A stretch of DNA of 64,000 nt from a candidate division FCPU426 bacterium (GCA_030637655.1 DAOWGI010000090.1:10637-74636), one strand, 5' to 3'; shown: positions 12,001 to 19,585, counted from the first letter of the stretch. Notes: generated by a model not told the origin, from the sequence alone. Program-made: numbers and translations.

Positions 12001-14949
12001 ATTGTAAAGCAGGCCACTGATAAAACGCTCACTAACCAGGCCGGTAATATCCGTGACCAACTCCTGATACCCCATGATTTCATGGCGGCTGTTATACACT
12101 GTTCCGCTGCGTTGAATCATGCTGACACCGGCCGGTGTTGCTTCGTCCCATATCTCATCCGTATAACCTGTGATCTGACCAAGCGCGTTTCTTATAATAT
12201 CTGTTCTGGTTGTAATTACGGTATGATCCAACCCGGGCGCTTGTGTGCAACGGGTTTCAATTCTTGAAAATAGCGTGATATCGGTTACAGTTAAAGTAAC
12301 CTGCCAGTCCAGTATAGTGCCGTTGGGATCAAGTCCTGTGGTTTCTGTGATTTGGGTGTAGGCCTGTAATTGTAGGGGCACGGTGCACCGTGCCCCTACC
12401 CCCGTATTATTAAATTGAACATTGTCAAACCAGGTACGTGTGGTTAAATTAACGAGTTTATTATCATGAGTTGTTCCTGATATTGTCTTAATTTCTTCTC
12501 CGCCGCATATTTCTCCATAACCATCATAGTCGCGATCGACAACTTCAGTTACAACTTCGACATTGGGATCTTTCTGACTAATACTGCTTTTGCGCGATCG
12601 CGTAACACGCCCGTATCGGTCATATTGTCCCGCTTGCCAAATCGTGTTTGTACGGTCGGGTTTCAAACCCGACCCTACGTCTGAAATCGGATTGGTAATC
12701 GTTTCTTCATAACCAATCATCTGATGCAGATTGTTATAGGCGGTACATTCCTGAATTCTTTCGGTCACATTACCGTTCGAGTCTTCAAAGCGCTCTTGAA
12801 CACTTTCCAGCCTGCCTAATGCGTCATAAACTGCTCCAAACCAGTCATGGCTGGATGTCAGGCCCCCGGGGTATGTCCAAATTTCTTTATATTTAATCAA
12901 TCTTCCCAATTTATCATATTCCGCATTCTGCCAGGTTTTCCGGCTTTCGCTGCCATCTGCGCTTATATATGTTTCCTGATGGCTTTGAATGCGGCCATAT
13001 TTGTCATACGTACCATTGCTCCAGACGCGATAGGATACCTGCCCGTAAATATCCGTTACTTCTTCAATATAATCCGTAAGCTGGCCGTATTGGTTGTAGC
13101 CGTTTTGTAGAGACAAGACATGCCTTGTCTCTACGGTGTTATCAAACACATTGGTAGCATCCCCGTCAAATTGCCCGGCACGCCATTTTGTTTGTGTGCG
13201 ATGACCGAATACATCTTCACGAATTTCCGTATAGCCTGCCTGATGATCAAATTCATCATAGCGGGCTTCCTGCCACCAGCGCTGTGATGTGTTGCCCAAA
13301 ATATCAGTGGCAGACTCATGATAGCTGATAAGCCGGCCCAAATAATCGTATGTTCCCTGATCCCATATACGATAGTTTTCATTACCCAATGGATCAATGG
13401 TTGTTTCCTGGTAACTTAAAAGATGATCAAGACTGTCAAATTTTGCCTGACCCCAGATCCGGACACTGATATTGCCCAAGCTGTCTTTTTTGCTTTCACA
13501 ATAGCTGCTAAGTCTTCCATATTTGTCATAGCTGCCGTCTTCCCGGTAAATCTCATAGGTGTTGCCAATAGGATCTGTTACGGTTTCCTGGTAATTTAAT
13601 ACATCACCTAATCGGTTATAGACAATACCTTGACGAATGGTCGTTGTATTCAATCCAAGCGCGTCAGTACGTTTTTCCGCAAATCCGGTTAAACGGTTTT
13701 GCTTGGTATAACCTGCTGCTGTCCATTCGATCGAAGTCATGGTTTTGTCTATTGCAACGCGCAGTTCACTGTAACCAATCAGCCGGCCAAAATTATCATA
13801 TTGGCCTTTGCTCCATAAAGTCTGACGCTGACGGCCCAGGGCATCAATAATAATCTCTGTATAGCTTGCTAATTGACCATACCGGTCATACTCCACGCCT
13901 TGCCAGAAACGGGTGGTCTGATAACCTTCGCTGTTGGTTATCACTTCTTTATATCCAACCAGCAAATATTCCGGCGCGGACTGACTGACTCCGGCTTTGG
14001 CTTTTGATTTGCTGTATGCCGGATTTTTAATATAAGTACCGCCGCTCCACAGACGATGTGTCCGGTTGCCTTTGGCATCTTCTATATCTTCCTGAAATTC
14101 GGTTACCTGACGGTTTGCATCGTATTTGGCGCCATACCAGTGCTTGGTAGTTTCATTGCCCCTGATATCTCTATAGGTTTCTCTGTAATTGATAAGTAAC
14201 TTGCCATCATACTCGCCATTATTCCATACGATTTTGGAATGATTTCCAAAGGAATCAATAATTTCCTGAGTATAACTTGTGATCAGCTTATGGGCATTGG
14301 TCTCATCACTTGCATAAAAAACAGAATCATCGGTATAGGTTGCGCCGTACCATTTGACATAGGTTACATTACCCAGGCTATCAGTTGTTTCCGAGTCATA
14401 GTTAATCAGCATTCTTTTGCTGTTATACTTCATATCGTATGTTTGACGAATGGAAACATTACCATGAGCATCTATCACCCGCTCGTTTTCCACGAGTACT
14501 GCCAAGCCGTCTTTGAACCAGATGCGCTTGCCGTCATCGTACTGAACGTAATTGAACATGGCCTGTTGGCCTAAAATAGCAAAAACCTTTTGTCTGGCCA
14601 TCTGTGCTTCTCTGGAAAGCCGGGCCATGCTCTGCTGGTGCAGAAAGACCGATTCGTTAACGTTTTTCGCGATTTTTTGAGTAACTTTGTTTTTTTTCTT
14701 ATCCAGCATCTGCTCCATGCGATTTTGATAATCAATAATCGCTTTCTTTTTATTCATCCGGTTTTGGACCGCGTCCGGAGTGAAATAGCCGGAATCATAC
14801 CGGTCATGCTGCTGCCGGAATTGACCGCTTATCACAAAAGCCTGCAATACCGGCTCGATGACAATTGATTGAATAAACGACATCATCACCAGCATAATAA
14901 TGCTTTTCTTTACTCGTTCCAGCAACGGTCGGGATAATTTGATTTTCAT
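1..14949 (-). CDS. Giant (at least 4983 aa, 3'-partial) YD-repeat-like secreted/surface protein
   Basis: ATG at 14949 with GGAGG RBS upstream. N-terminus MKIKLSRPLLERVKKSIIMLVMMSFIQSIVIEPVLQAF (basic then hydrophobic). Recurrent Y(D/N)xxG(R/Q)LxxYxE units. The frame was open wherever I translated it, including the first line of the window. Absence from the ORF track is consistent with no stop before the edge. Confidence 0.9.
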   Translation of the reverse strand, partial: MKIKLSRPLLERVKKSIIMLVMMSFIQSIVIEPVLQAFVISGQFRQQHDRYDSGYFTPDAVQNRMNKKKAIIDYQNRMEQMLDKKKNKVTQKIAKNVNESVFLHQQSMARLSREAQMARQKVFAILGQQAMFNYVQYDDGKRIWFKDGLAVLVENERVIDAHGNVSIRQTYDMKYNSKRMLINYDSETTDSLGNVTYVKWYGATYTDDSVFYASDETNAHKLITSYTQEIIDSFGNHSKIVWNNGEYDGKLLINYRETYRDIRGNETTKHWYGAKYDANRQVTEFQEDIEDAKGNRTHRLWSGGTYIKNPAYSKSKAKAGVSQSAPEYLLVGYKEVITNSEGYQTTRFWQGVEYDRYGQLASYTEIIIDALGRQRQTLWSKGQYDNFGRLIGYSELRVAIDKTMTSIEWTAAGYTKQNRLTGFAEKRTDALGLNTTTIRQGIVYNRLGDVLNYQETVTDPIGNTYEIYREDGSYDKYGRLSSYCESKKDSLGNISVRIWGQAKFDSLDHLLSYQETTIDPLGNENYRIWDQGTYDYLGRLISYHESATDILGNTSQRWWQEARYDEFDHQAGYTEIREDVFGHRTQTKWRAGQFDGDATNVFDNTVETRHVLSLQNGYNQYGQLTDYIEEVTDIYGQVSYRVWSNGTYDKYGRIQSHQETYISADGSESRKTWQNAEYDKLGRLIKYKEIWTYPGGLTSSHDWFGAVYDALGRLESVQERFEDSNGNVTERIQECTAYNNLHQMIGYEETITNPISDVGSGLKPDRTNTIWQAGQYDRYGRVTRSRKSSISQKDPNVEVVTEVVDRDYDGYGEICGGEEIKTISGTTHDNKLVNLTTRTWFDNVQFNNTGVGARCTVPLQLQAYTQITETTGLDPNGTILDWQVTLTVTDITLFSRIETRCTQAPGLDHTVITTRTDIIRNALGQITGYTDEIWDEATPAGVSMIQRSGTVYNSRHEIMGYQELVTDITGLVSERFISGLLYNGLGQQIAVTSITQRTGEGVKTLPANWDAMTEEEKLQELEKQIAGIGNGINWTDLVGAQCIVPLLNEEIVTIGELGSLKLDQTTGVLQIVLYLTQSSVRQPIQYDIAGRMVSYVEEKETLGNPTKTTVTWQADGFTPAGLVAAETIETTVGAYGNTPLQSRITTTNRNAMTYNMVGQLLSYAETITDTQSPDLITTRNITNRTYDSLGRLAQQNEVERIVGTTEDRLPDYGQLNEAMLEGMTLFVGAQNIVPLQWDQVTQTQQQELLEGKSVQITSPGGSDVTLSFAPGAVVMVETCMDLTITRTRFQADFDQTGRLAGYTETIHTQGDGLDKIDTNVRDQITYNKKHQITGYHETQWSSMTPLMTVERWMTKLNYDALGQMTGYKERLVQQAGNGVDLYIEIITSRWGMIYNASGQLAGYEEQIRRSDLTGVIKTIERYNMLYDDQGHMIGYAEKQDDGQGLIVLTNVTDIKTNRLAQEKSREETITTRAYEQTDLVYETIQNRSINHQRYNGLGQKTHSIDTITTQGLDTQTTVLWAKGRYNQFGQLETFEEETRIRGPGLQKSTTKKRTATEYNPLGQLSLSTEETISSDAPDKVIVETLQSIAYDIHGRRLAWMNLKFEGAKGSVAPQGILTRTDRQSTTYNAQGREIAFTETTHQTGNTGTETLDSTQTIVRSAILYHPAGMIKSYTEEITSNATTDGTTRSWKGIYNNQGRLTEYEETRLKGNEITTTTRDQIFYNTLNQQTGYQEKHHQVVVGADPSIRPLVDLQTTTNRTAITYDNQGRVTGYEDNLSSSDQADLLITVIRHDQTYNNMGELETWLENQTILGQNVNQPYSIQKETRRLATIYNVLGRVTDFTETTTEDWHDVITTVNRASMSYDAFGRIKTYSETQHEQDVGATGRSPLLDRTTAITRQGTKYDNQGRLIHYTETKESSLTSDLTETIAYAVAGFDLAGRVSGYTNQSTTTSATGPMRRVYTIGKQNIIYNTHNQEISFKEQTTSSAATGVINERTRNSQTYNTYGQLIFYEELINKINVGANLVFARETTTRDKITYNEFNQEISWQEESTNSDINTTTITDYSNAKYNHLGQLNTFDQTIIKQGDSLAGINAPAITTTIQRLSTSYNQSGQLIGQQEEQAGSQEPEVIVTDTLGDITYNHRGERLTYTKTISKNTQDGTLSLIQSINRQSTTYDDAGREIAYTESNSSNASPDLETTITKNQINYNTLAQIVGYEETINRIGTDSQSGVKLDQTQINIRSLMTYNTQGELDNYHQENQSGTIVQDWNITAYDNFGRTTGYTQTGTSPATGAYATKWSGEYNTLDQVIALDETYITTDNGSQDYTKQQTGIVYNNKGQQTGYSETGSTTTMPSYSKTYQADFADSYNTLGQMQHYKEVVTSDLGIVTEKEWSQGKYNNLGQLTGYHHVGARRAVPLLIEETITDWQADFSDSYDLSGNQKHYLESTLTTYYDPQTGQEIDQKKEEKNWFDATYNNDNQLTGYEESIDKIDVGANLVFARETAARSNMDYDTFGRLNYFEETGSSALTGNYDKTWQATAFDDQGRATHTIENGYSEAGGVNTDLTRTNMTYDDHGWLTGYEESGISGSKYIDRQWQAGIDKTILTQTNPSSVSSVLSVVNAFDLLGRVFASTETGWTESGYYEKIQHDTIYNYLSQQTDYSEVGWNLADSTYTKTVTNQTYNILGQREYYHQVTNAIDKNQIITLDWTARAKSYNTKGQLVDSTEEGTIEENGVQIETYTTTWQAGFSDSYTDHGQLRRFESETVHNTAQGTKTTRTKRAHSLFKANGLLDSYHETTTNIISSGADTQETTTSLIRSNIEYIDTTQYSEDGGTTWIKFVGADPCIRPDVSSRIWQHQGMQSGYQELILSSQASEKPTQSIMNSITYNHLGQQSSYVHVTADEDLTNATLRRFSAWLVSTQGLGTLDPNSDLGKAWIVEALELATMLAIEPQNLITNVITWIKLKLGSLPDDMTANITELFNGLAGILDLSFLGDLGSLVVNLFALTNNYLNLGALGALACPAYAGVVNLSNAVAGIDDTDEGNMPAWLTAYAKLKPFDYIGTVTHRVNTMYDTYNRPESWQENTRNTAGPEKETLTDVEVTYQGHTQRQATYSARMNERTVGKTTDGKITNLYRYNYIYNTFDQATDYTEAIINGDDLFITAPPAVIPDLIRDPGTQSFTVTWSNLSIADRNTLIDALINETAEVKELTTINLWNNVTYNAINQMIGYDLTTHKRGYTYQDFAEAGNIFQTLSQQQDMINKQQLVINAQQGLLKSANDKWIESYNLINKYFNNELPPASDQQAVMDAITARLTTQNLNVAEKENTKDTARDNLDDAYEVLATASAELAGAMKNLIISENDWRALIRKQDQLIKQIKDYFGNNGKGLLTEVTTLKELIIKYNINIDERALDEAVGLVQQVLINWTHKDYKNDIDVGLNDQQILETELTSQKDLDTLINRALQLKDGLNELGAIVSSIRSGIDHAINDAGGLRAIFTAKEIYLKGDPDDPNDSGIEGEYNVAVGDLKIKKGEYEGKYGEYNIKYQPFSSAEIAYTLAKNNYDGQVEIVKESEAKLNMVPVGTVIKRSHSFFSSTVYFEYLLQADYSVEVKTYSSNNRPAEINSDAYGQVQARNLALFIIQHGDEIGLSGSEKEMKDKKLLMDIAETNLKGDGTESNINYEALMITAHKEYQDKHFELYATQDTSTEWYSNDAFVKKTGPYESSLKYQWETAKTEYETANTKLKDAEKHYEDTTTLFNEIEIFREKAADNYHSDLTNQGLVDSYNQLKETNNNQSQKDAYLAKTTEYLEAVGDISEFSDLVDAAAQNLVIAKEQQSDIKTGFDMMLNHINQIELVTADLQEESNNQLKMINDMADLKSVTATQLLEYTFQINNQTYQLDQTQVDALVDGSGITLQTGTYDLNDLAKDAQIKISASGVTTSSRQNITYNNVGHLDTYEEIKFTGKDIIVGNAIKTWDQLSDTEKAGLFAGSIQAELPGDGSISVTKALWHQFDGQGRMKANKVSITETRYQGKEKAEKTYTVETRISDYDDKGNQLHYRKETKEKDKTIIEETKSGLAYDNENRLTFSHLMITETTKSRTKVQEIITGSMTYNHLDQMTGFVRETREGDKRIYEKTLARMKYNQDNQTIYSNILTIATDKSSGITVDDVIAVKDREKAQSSFGSKAQVKQTIMQNAKYNARGQAISMQRTTIDANRRIEERLSDMTYDGDDLKTIRSTVLESGIRKLANKEGRLYYRSYIVDTKNISFNENGDVTEMKRTTTNGAKVTLEHLTNMTYDTAGRNIHSFNTITETVGTNPEHIYTVETTMHDYTNEDRIARQTRITIDGNKRIEESNKNTEAYTYDDKGNIEKKVTEVIEETIGNPTDATPYSKTYTSTEFDMVYDSLGQLASVTKKTHYTDSNGDYYTEEKSNFDYDLKGRLRESAVTGNRYETVPADGKVTTTITRVPASGYDNADHMEQFTTITYEGNKLQLKNPKRSVAWSSLTETEKENIIDGTDKDKLDMFVVVNSMNDVQYDPNGQMKSWIGSARMLGPVVTELDILLKATFEGRDFGTGPTANADKLKAFNDTLGTGDLIIRDSGDVIDLGSLIDSEKIAVIDVATGTIAETTTISAKGQDYKVEDLDVSIPLDTINTTVRLNTSFNSLNQAKAFDEITLDGNGLILNGAFTLWQDVADKTEVLNAWQVARDNKSDMIDNDQVGLFPNNFVTYTQMSNIKYSDRGDMQTWNMSKLELQLRLKHGITPIDGKVNLAVNRNSSSSRLHTVNRTDGKEIAAHEIHEGANGVKTETYTFFTYDDAKRANELYKLTKSEDDNNTWIAEYTKVETYKHTGNQDVFGRTLTTSTYGSVKRIADDISTKDFKVLANNIQNELTPTVDLKSICEAQVADLTNATRTETDLMEFFYEADASRTNRTIKVHTDATGIDTVEDTYYYYGASSQDSKPVATRTIKIGQPQGIGLVDNKLTYDQ
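5424..5451 (-). repeat. GTCATCCCGGACTTGATCCGGGATCCAG palindromic element, in frame in the giant ORF (VIPDLIRDP)
   Basis: Hairpin atcccgga/tccgggat with a GTCAT end, same style as the GTCATTCCCG/GTCATCCCCG hairpins of the MITE family. Confidence 0.7.
5859..5974. repeat. Two arms of the AAAGATTCACCAC-type periodic repeat, in frame in the giant ORF
   Basis: aaagattcactac...caaggcgccaagggcaccaagg and aaaaagattcaccaccaggctacctaggtcaccaagg match the intergenic repeat ends (e.g. 19041). They translate as LGALGALACPAYAGVVNL and LGDLGSLVVNL. Confidence 0.7.
6406..13134. repeat. 12 GTAG-type REP hairpins (26-29 bp) embedded in frame in the giant ORF
   Basis: Copies at 6406-6432, 7448-7473, 7695-7722, 8864-8889, 9279-9306, 9703-9729, 11244-11271, 11529-11556, 11811-11838, 12372-12399, 12650-12678, 13107-13134. 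All end in ccctac/ctctac on the plus strand and have an internal palindrome. Confidence 0.9.
7088..7118. repeat. caccacagagagcacagaggacacggag periodic repeat arm, in frame in the giant ORF (SVSSVLSVVN)
   Basis: 9-nt periodic CACAGAG units, same style as the intergenic ctccgtgcctctgtggtg arms. Confidence 0.7.
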
Positions 14950-14989
14950 AGAATCCTCCATTTTTTTGGGGATGGCTTTATAATATCAA

Positions 14990-15133
14990 AATCATTCACC
15001 ACAATACCCAAACTACGGGCACAAGAGTCACCAAGGCACTAAGCTCCACAGAGTTCTTATCGTTTTTTCTTTGTATGCCTCTCGTGCCCGTAGTTTGGGT
15101 ACTGTGCCTCCGTGCCTCTGTGGTGCATCTTTT
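14990..15133. repeat. GxxExxY-linked inverted repeat element, copy A
   Basis: ttcaccac...caccaaggcactaag...ctccgtgcctctgtggtgcatctttt, with tacccaaactacgggcac inserts in both arms. Confidence 0.85.
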
Positions 15134-15141
15134 AAAATCAT

Positions 15142-15316
15142 GTAACATGTCAGTGAATTGCGGTTAAACAAAGGTTGTCATTCCCGAAGGTTTAATCGGC
15201 CCCAACCGGAAAAGATATATAGGGACGCCTTCGGCAGGAATCTGGTTTTTTAAACCATATCCCCGACACAAGCATTCGGGGATGACAAACAAAAAAACGC
15301 ATGACTAACATGTTAC
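15142..15316. mobile_element. MITE family 1, copy 1
   Basis: TIRs gtaacatgtcag / ctaacatgttac. Internal GTCATTCCCG and ATCCCCG...CGGGGATGAC hairpins. Flanks aaaatcat / aaaatcgt. Confidence 0.85.
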
Positions 15317-15531
15317 AAAATCGTTTAAATTCAACGATATTTTTTGCGGCTAAAGTATTAGACTAAAAAATTGAGATTTCCTTGCATTTTTTTTACTTTT
15401 TTTTAATAAAATTTTCAAAGCGAGGCATTGTTTATTATGAGGTATTGTTTATTATGTTGGGCACTAATCATACCAACTAAACAATAATTCTGTCTAGTTC
15501 ATTTTGGGGACAGTCTTCAACTTACTTAATC

Positions 15532-18500
15532 TTAGTTTGCTTCCGGTTTTACGCAAGCCGGATTTTCCGCCGGAACCCTTTTTATTATGCTTATCTTTCT
15601 CAAAGACTCAATAGCGCAATAAAAACACGGCACTACAAATAAAGTGAGCACAGTTCCGGTTATTAATCCTCCAATAACGGTAATGGCCAAAGGCTGCCAG
15701 AGACCGGCTGACTCGCTTTGATCCAAAGCCATAGGCAATAAACCGCACATGGTTGTGACAGTTGTGATGAAAATCGGCCGAATGCGCTGTTTGCCTGCCC
15801 AGCTAATAAGTTTGAATAATGAAATATCAGGATGTTCTGCTTTGAGTTGATTAATCCGGTCTATTAATATAATACCATTATTGACAACCATCCCGCCCAG
15901 CATCAATAGTCCTATGGAAACCCCTAAGGTCATGGTGGTATGAGTCAGCACCAAGGCTGTGACCGCGCCTATACCTGAAAGTACTACTGTAATCATAATG
16001 ATAAAAGGCTGGATCAAGGACTCAAATAAGCCGGCCATGACCATAAATACCAGAATAATGGTCAGGCCAAGCGCCAGTTTAAAACTTTTATCTGCTGCTA
16101 CCATCTGCTCATAGTCTCCGCCTATATCAGCATAATAATCATCAGGGAAATTTATAGCATGAATCGCCGCTTTGATATCTTCGGCCGCGTCGCCCAGGGG
16201 GCGTTTACCCAGGTTGGCGCTGACCTGGATCATTCTTGACTTGTTACGATGCCATATCTCCGATGGTGATAACCCGAAATGCAGCTTGGCAATGTGCTCT
16301 ATTGGCATATGACCGTCTTTTTCAGACATAAGCATGATCTGCCTAAGCTGTTCAATGGTCTCGCATTGTTTGGGATCAAGGCGGACAATAGTCTCCACTT
16401 CTTCCTGCTTATCATAAAACTTAGTAGCCCGCAGGCCTTTTAACTGGGCATGCATGCTTTCTGCTACAGTTTTATTGTCCAGTCCCATCAGGGCTACTTT
16501 ATTGCGATCAAGTATTACCTTTACTTCCGGACGACCGGGACGATAGCGGACTTTGGTATCGGACAAGCCTTTAATTTTCGACATCCTGTTAGCCAGCTGC
16601 ATGGCCAGGCCGGCTAAGGTTTCATAATTATGACCAAAGACCTCGACAAATACTTCTTTGCCGCTTTGCGGTTCGGAAAAATAAATAAAGGTCTCATATT
16701 CTTCTCCGATATTGACCAGCTCTTTACGCAGCCTGGCAATTACCCTGGCCGTGCTAAGTTTCCTTTCAAACCGGGGTTTTAAGGTTACATAAATTTTAGA
16801 TGACCAGCCTTCCACCTTGGATGAAATACTTTTGATCTCATCCTTTACGCCCGCATGATTCTGGATGCGCTCTTCAATGTCTTTTACAAGTCTATTGGAT
16901 ATATCGAGCCGGACACCTGATGCCATCTCTATAAACACAACAAACTCATTCTGCTCCTGAGATGCCATAAAATCTTTTGGTACGCGATACCAGAACACTG
17001 CTGCTGAGAGCGCAAATAAAAGCAACACTACGGACAACACTTTACCTTGGTGTTTCAACAGCGAATTTAAAACCAGCTTATAGCGCACGAGCATAAGCAG
17101 GCCGGCCGCCAGCACAGTGATTACCAGCGCGCTGTATAAAGAGAGTTCCAGTTTATAACCTGCGATAAAATAAAACACAGCGCTTAGGAAAATCATGGTT
17201 AAAAGAGCTGGATAGATTCTGTGGCTGCTTATAAAAGACCAGGTTTTTTTTATAAGCGCTCTGCTTTTTTTAGCCTGTGTAACATCCCCTCTTTTATCCA
17301 GACCTTCTTCACTGCTTACGCTTTTATAGCGATTGAGCAAGGCCGGCACCAAAGCTATGGCTGAAAATAGCGAGGCCAGTAAAATGGTAGTAACTGTAAA
17401 GGCTATGCCGGCATATAAAAGTTGAGCTTGTTTTTGCAATAATGAAAAAGGCAGAAAAACAACTATGGTTGTAAGCGTTCCGCCTATCATGGGATTGATC
17501 ATTTCCTGGGTCGCCTGATTGAGTTGTTCTTCTTTTAATTTGCCCGGTTTTTTCTTTGCCAGACGTTCATAGTTTTCCAGCACAACCACCGCGTTATCTA
17601 CCAGCAGTCCTATGCCCAGCACCAGACCTGACAGGGATATGACATTAAGCGTGACGTGATTGAAATACATAAAACCCAGTGTCAGCAGCAAAGAAACCGG
17701 AATGGAAGCAGCCACTATAAAAGCGGGCCACAGATCTTTTCGCCAAAGGGCTGTGATAAACAAAGCCGCTATCATGACTATAACTACAATTATTGTTTTT
17801 TGCAGCGGCACACCAATAATAGTCAGTACCAGCAACAATCCCAGCAGGAGTGTCAAGCCAATTGCCGAGAGATTTCTGGTGATTACGGTTTTACTTAAAA
17901 ACAAACTCAAGATCAAAATGACCAGGGTCATACCGTAAAAAAGTGTCATCATTACAGAATACAGAGCTGCTTTGATCAGCTTGCCTTGATTGGAAACGAC
18001 CAGCATCTCTACATCAGAGGTGAGTGTTTTTTCGAATTTCTTTAATACTTTTTGCACCTGTTCTACCACGGCAACTGTATTGGACAAACTTTCCTTCTGA
18101 ATATAAAGCGTCACAGCTGCTTGGCTGTTAAGACGTGAATAGGACTCAGCTTCTAAGTAATCATCTTTGACTGTGCCCAGATCAACCAGCCGGATAACAC
18201 CGCCTGTTTCCGTCACCGCCACACCGATCTTTTTAATATCCTCAATAGTCTTGAAATCCCCTAAGGTCCTTAAACCAAAGGTGGAGGACTGCGCTGATAC
18301 CTCGCCAACGCGGACGTTTAAGTTGTTCCGCTCCAGTACCGAGACCACTTTTTGAAAAGGCAGACCTAACGCAACCAGGCGCTGCCGGTCGAGTTCAACC
18401 AGTATCTTGCGCTGCCGTCCGCCGCCGATTTCCACATTAGCCACACCGGAAACACGCAGTAGTTTTTCTTCCAGCGTCTCTTCCACCATCCGACGCAAGC

Positions 18501-19017
18501 TTTCGGAAGTATGATGTGGTGAAGTTAAGGCGGCAATCACAACCGGCGCGTCAGCTTCTTCATAATGAGCAATGACCGGTTTTTCTATTTCTTTGGGCAG
18601 CCGGTGTTTTACCCGCAAAAACTTTTCCCGCGTTTCCAGCGTGGCCAGATCCATATTGGTGCCTGGTTCAAACTCCAGGGTTACAATAGCCCGGTGTTTT
18701 TTTGAGGTTGAGATAATGTTTTTAAGCTTGGAGACTGTACCCATGGCTTCTTCTATTGGTTTGGTAATCAGGCGTTCCACTTCCGGAGGCGGCATACCGC
18801 CCCGAACGTCTACAAAAATGGTGACATTGCCATACGCGATATTGGGCATAAGCTCTAAGGGCAGCCGCTTCATTGCTGTAAGACCGGCAATAACAATGAA
18901 CGCGATAATCATTAAAAATGCGATAGGCCGCTTCAGGCTGAAGTTCGGCAGTCTTCTGGCAAAAAGCAGAATGATAAGCCCCAACAATCCGCATTGTAGC
19001 AATTGATTAAAATCCAT
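15532..19017 (-). CDS. RND (AcrB/AcrD/AcrF family) permease with extra TM insertions
   Basis: EVERLITKPIEEAM, GLLVDNAVVVLEN, RIRPIFITTVTT and PLAITVIGGL motifs. Confidence 0.95.
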   Translation of the reverse strand: MDFNQLLQCGLLGLIILLFARRLPNFSLKRPIAFLMIIAFIVIAGLTAMKRLPLELMPNIAYGNVTIFVDVRGGMPPPEVERLITKPIEEAMGTVSKLKNIISTSKKHRAIVTLEFEPGTNMDLATLETREKFLRVKHRLPKEIEKPVIAHYEEADAPVVIAALTSPHHTSESLRRMVEETLEEKLLRVSGVANVEIGGGRQRKILVELDRQRLVALGLPFQKVVSVLERNNLNVRVGEVSAQSSTFGLRTLGDFKTIEDIKKIGVAVTETGGVIRLVDLGTVKDDYLEAESYSRLNSQAAVTLYIQKESLSNTVAVVEQVQKVLKKFEKTLTSDVEMLVVSNQGKLIKAALYSVMMTLFYGMTLVILILSLFLSKTVITRNLSAIGLTLLLGLLLVLTIIGVPLQKTIIVVIVMIAALFITALWRKDLWPAFIVAASIPVSLLLTLGFMYFNHVTLNVISLSGLVLGIGLLVDNAVVVLENYERLAKKKPGKLKEEQLNQATQEMINPMIGGTLTTIVVFLPFSLLQKQAQLLYAGIAFTVTTILLASLFSAIALVPALLNRYKSVSSEEGLDKRGDVTQAKKSRALIKKTWSFISSHRIYPALLTMIFLSAVFYFIAGYKLELSLYSALVITVLAAGLLMLVRYKLVLNSLLKHQGKVLSVVLLLFALSAAVFWYRVPKDFMASQEQNEFVVFIEMASGVRLDISNRLVKDIEERIQNHAGVKDEIKSISSKVEGWSSKIYVTLKPRFERKLSTARVIARLRKELVNIGEEYETFIYFSEPQSGKEVFVEVFGHNYETLAGLAMQLANRMSKIKGLSDTKVRYRPGRPEVKVILDRNKVALMGLDNKTVAESMHAQLKGLRATKFYDKQEEVETIVRLDPKQCETIEQLRQIMLMSEKDGHMPIEHIAKLHFGLSPSEIWHRNKSRMIQVSANLGKRPLGDAAEDIKAAIHAINFPDDYYADIGGDYEQMVAADKSFKLALGLTIILVFMVMAGLFESLIQPFIIMITVVLSGIGAVTALVLTHTTMTLGVSIGLLMLGGMVVNNGIILIDRINQLKAEHPDISLFKLISWAGKQRIRPIFITTVTTMCGLLPMALDQSESAGLWQPLAITVIGGLITGTVLTLFVVPCFYCAIESLRKISIIKRVPAENPACVKPEAN

Positions 19018-19040
19018 AAAATAACCCTTCTTAAAACATC

Positions 19041-19164
19041 AAAAGATTCACCACTAAGTCACTAAGGCACTAAGGTTCACTAAGAAAACAAAATATAAAA
19101 ACATTTTTACCTTTGTGTTCCTTTGTGGGCCTTTGTGTCTCCGTGCCTCTGTGGTGCATCTTTT
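19041..19164. repeat. GxxExxY-linked inverted repeat element, copy B
   Basis: aaaagattcaccactaagtcactaaggcactaagg ... ctttgtgtctccgtgcctctgtggtgcatctttt. Confidence 0.85.
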
Positions 19165-19170
19165 AAATCT

Positions 19171-19578
19171 TTACAATATTACTCTTCTGATTCCATTTTT
19201 TATTAACTCAACATTAAAATTAATCAGCAATCCTAATCTTTTTCCAGATAGTTTTAAATATGTTAATAATTGTGCCCTATGAATAGGCAAAATATGTTCA
19301 ACAGACTTAATTTCAACAACAAGTATTTTTTCAATTAACAAATCCATTCTATAACCGGCTTCATCCAAACATTTACCATTATAATAAACCGGAAAGGATA
19401 CCTGCCTTTCAGTATTCAATCCTTTGACTAATATTTCTTCCATCAAAGCAAGTTCATACACCTTTTCCAATAATCCACTGCCAAGTTGTAGATGCACTTT
19501 AAATGCCGCATCAACAACCGCTTTGGATAACATATTTAACTCAACAGAAATTTCTTTTTGTTTTGCTTTTTCAATCAT
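19171..19578 (-). CDS. GxxExxY protein (PD-(D/E)XK nuclease superfamily)
   Basis: LGSGLLEKVYE, YRMDLLIE, VVEIKSV and HRAQLLTYLKLSGKRLGLLINFN motifs. Visibly AT-richer than its neighbours. Confidence 0.95.
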   Translation of the reverse strand: MIEKAKQKEISVELNMLSKAVVDAAFKVHLQLGSGLLEKVYELALMEEILVKGLNTERQVSFPVYYNGKCLDEAGYRMDLLIEKILVVEIKSVEHILPIHRAQLLTYLKLSGKRLGLLINFNVELIKNGIRRVIL

Positions 19579-19585
19579 ATTTTTT

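Noticed and set aside
1067-14868. Many short ORFs in the track over 1-15 kb
   Set aside because: They are antisense or off-frame shadows of the giant minus-strand ORF.
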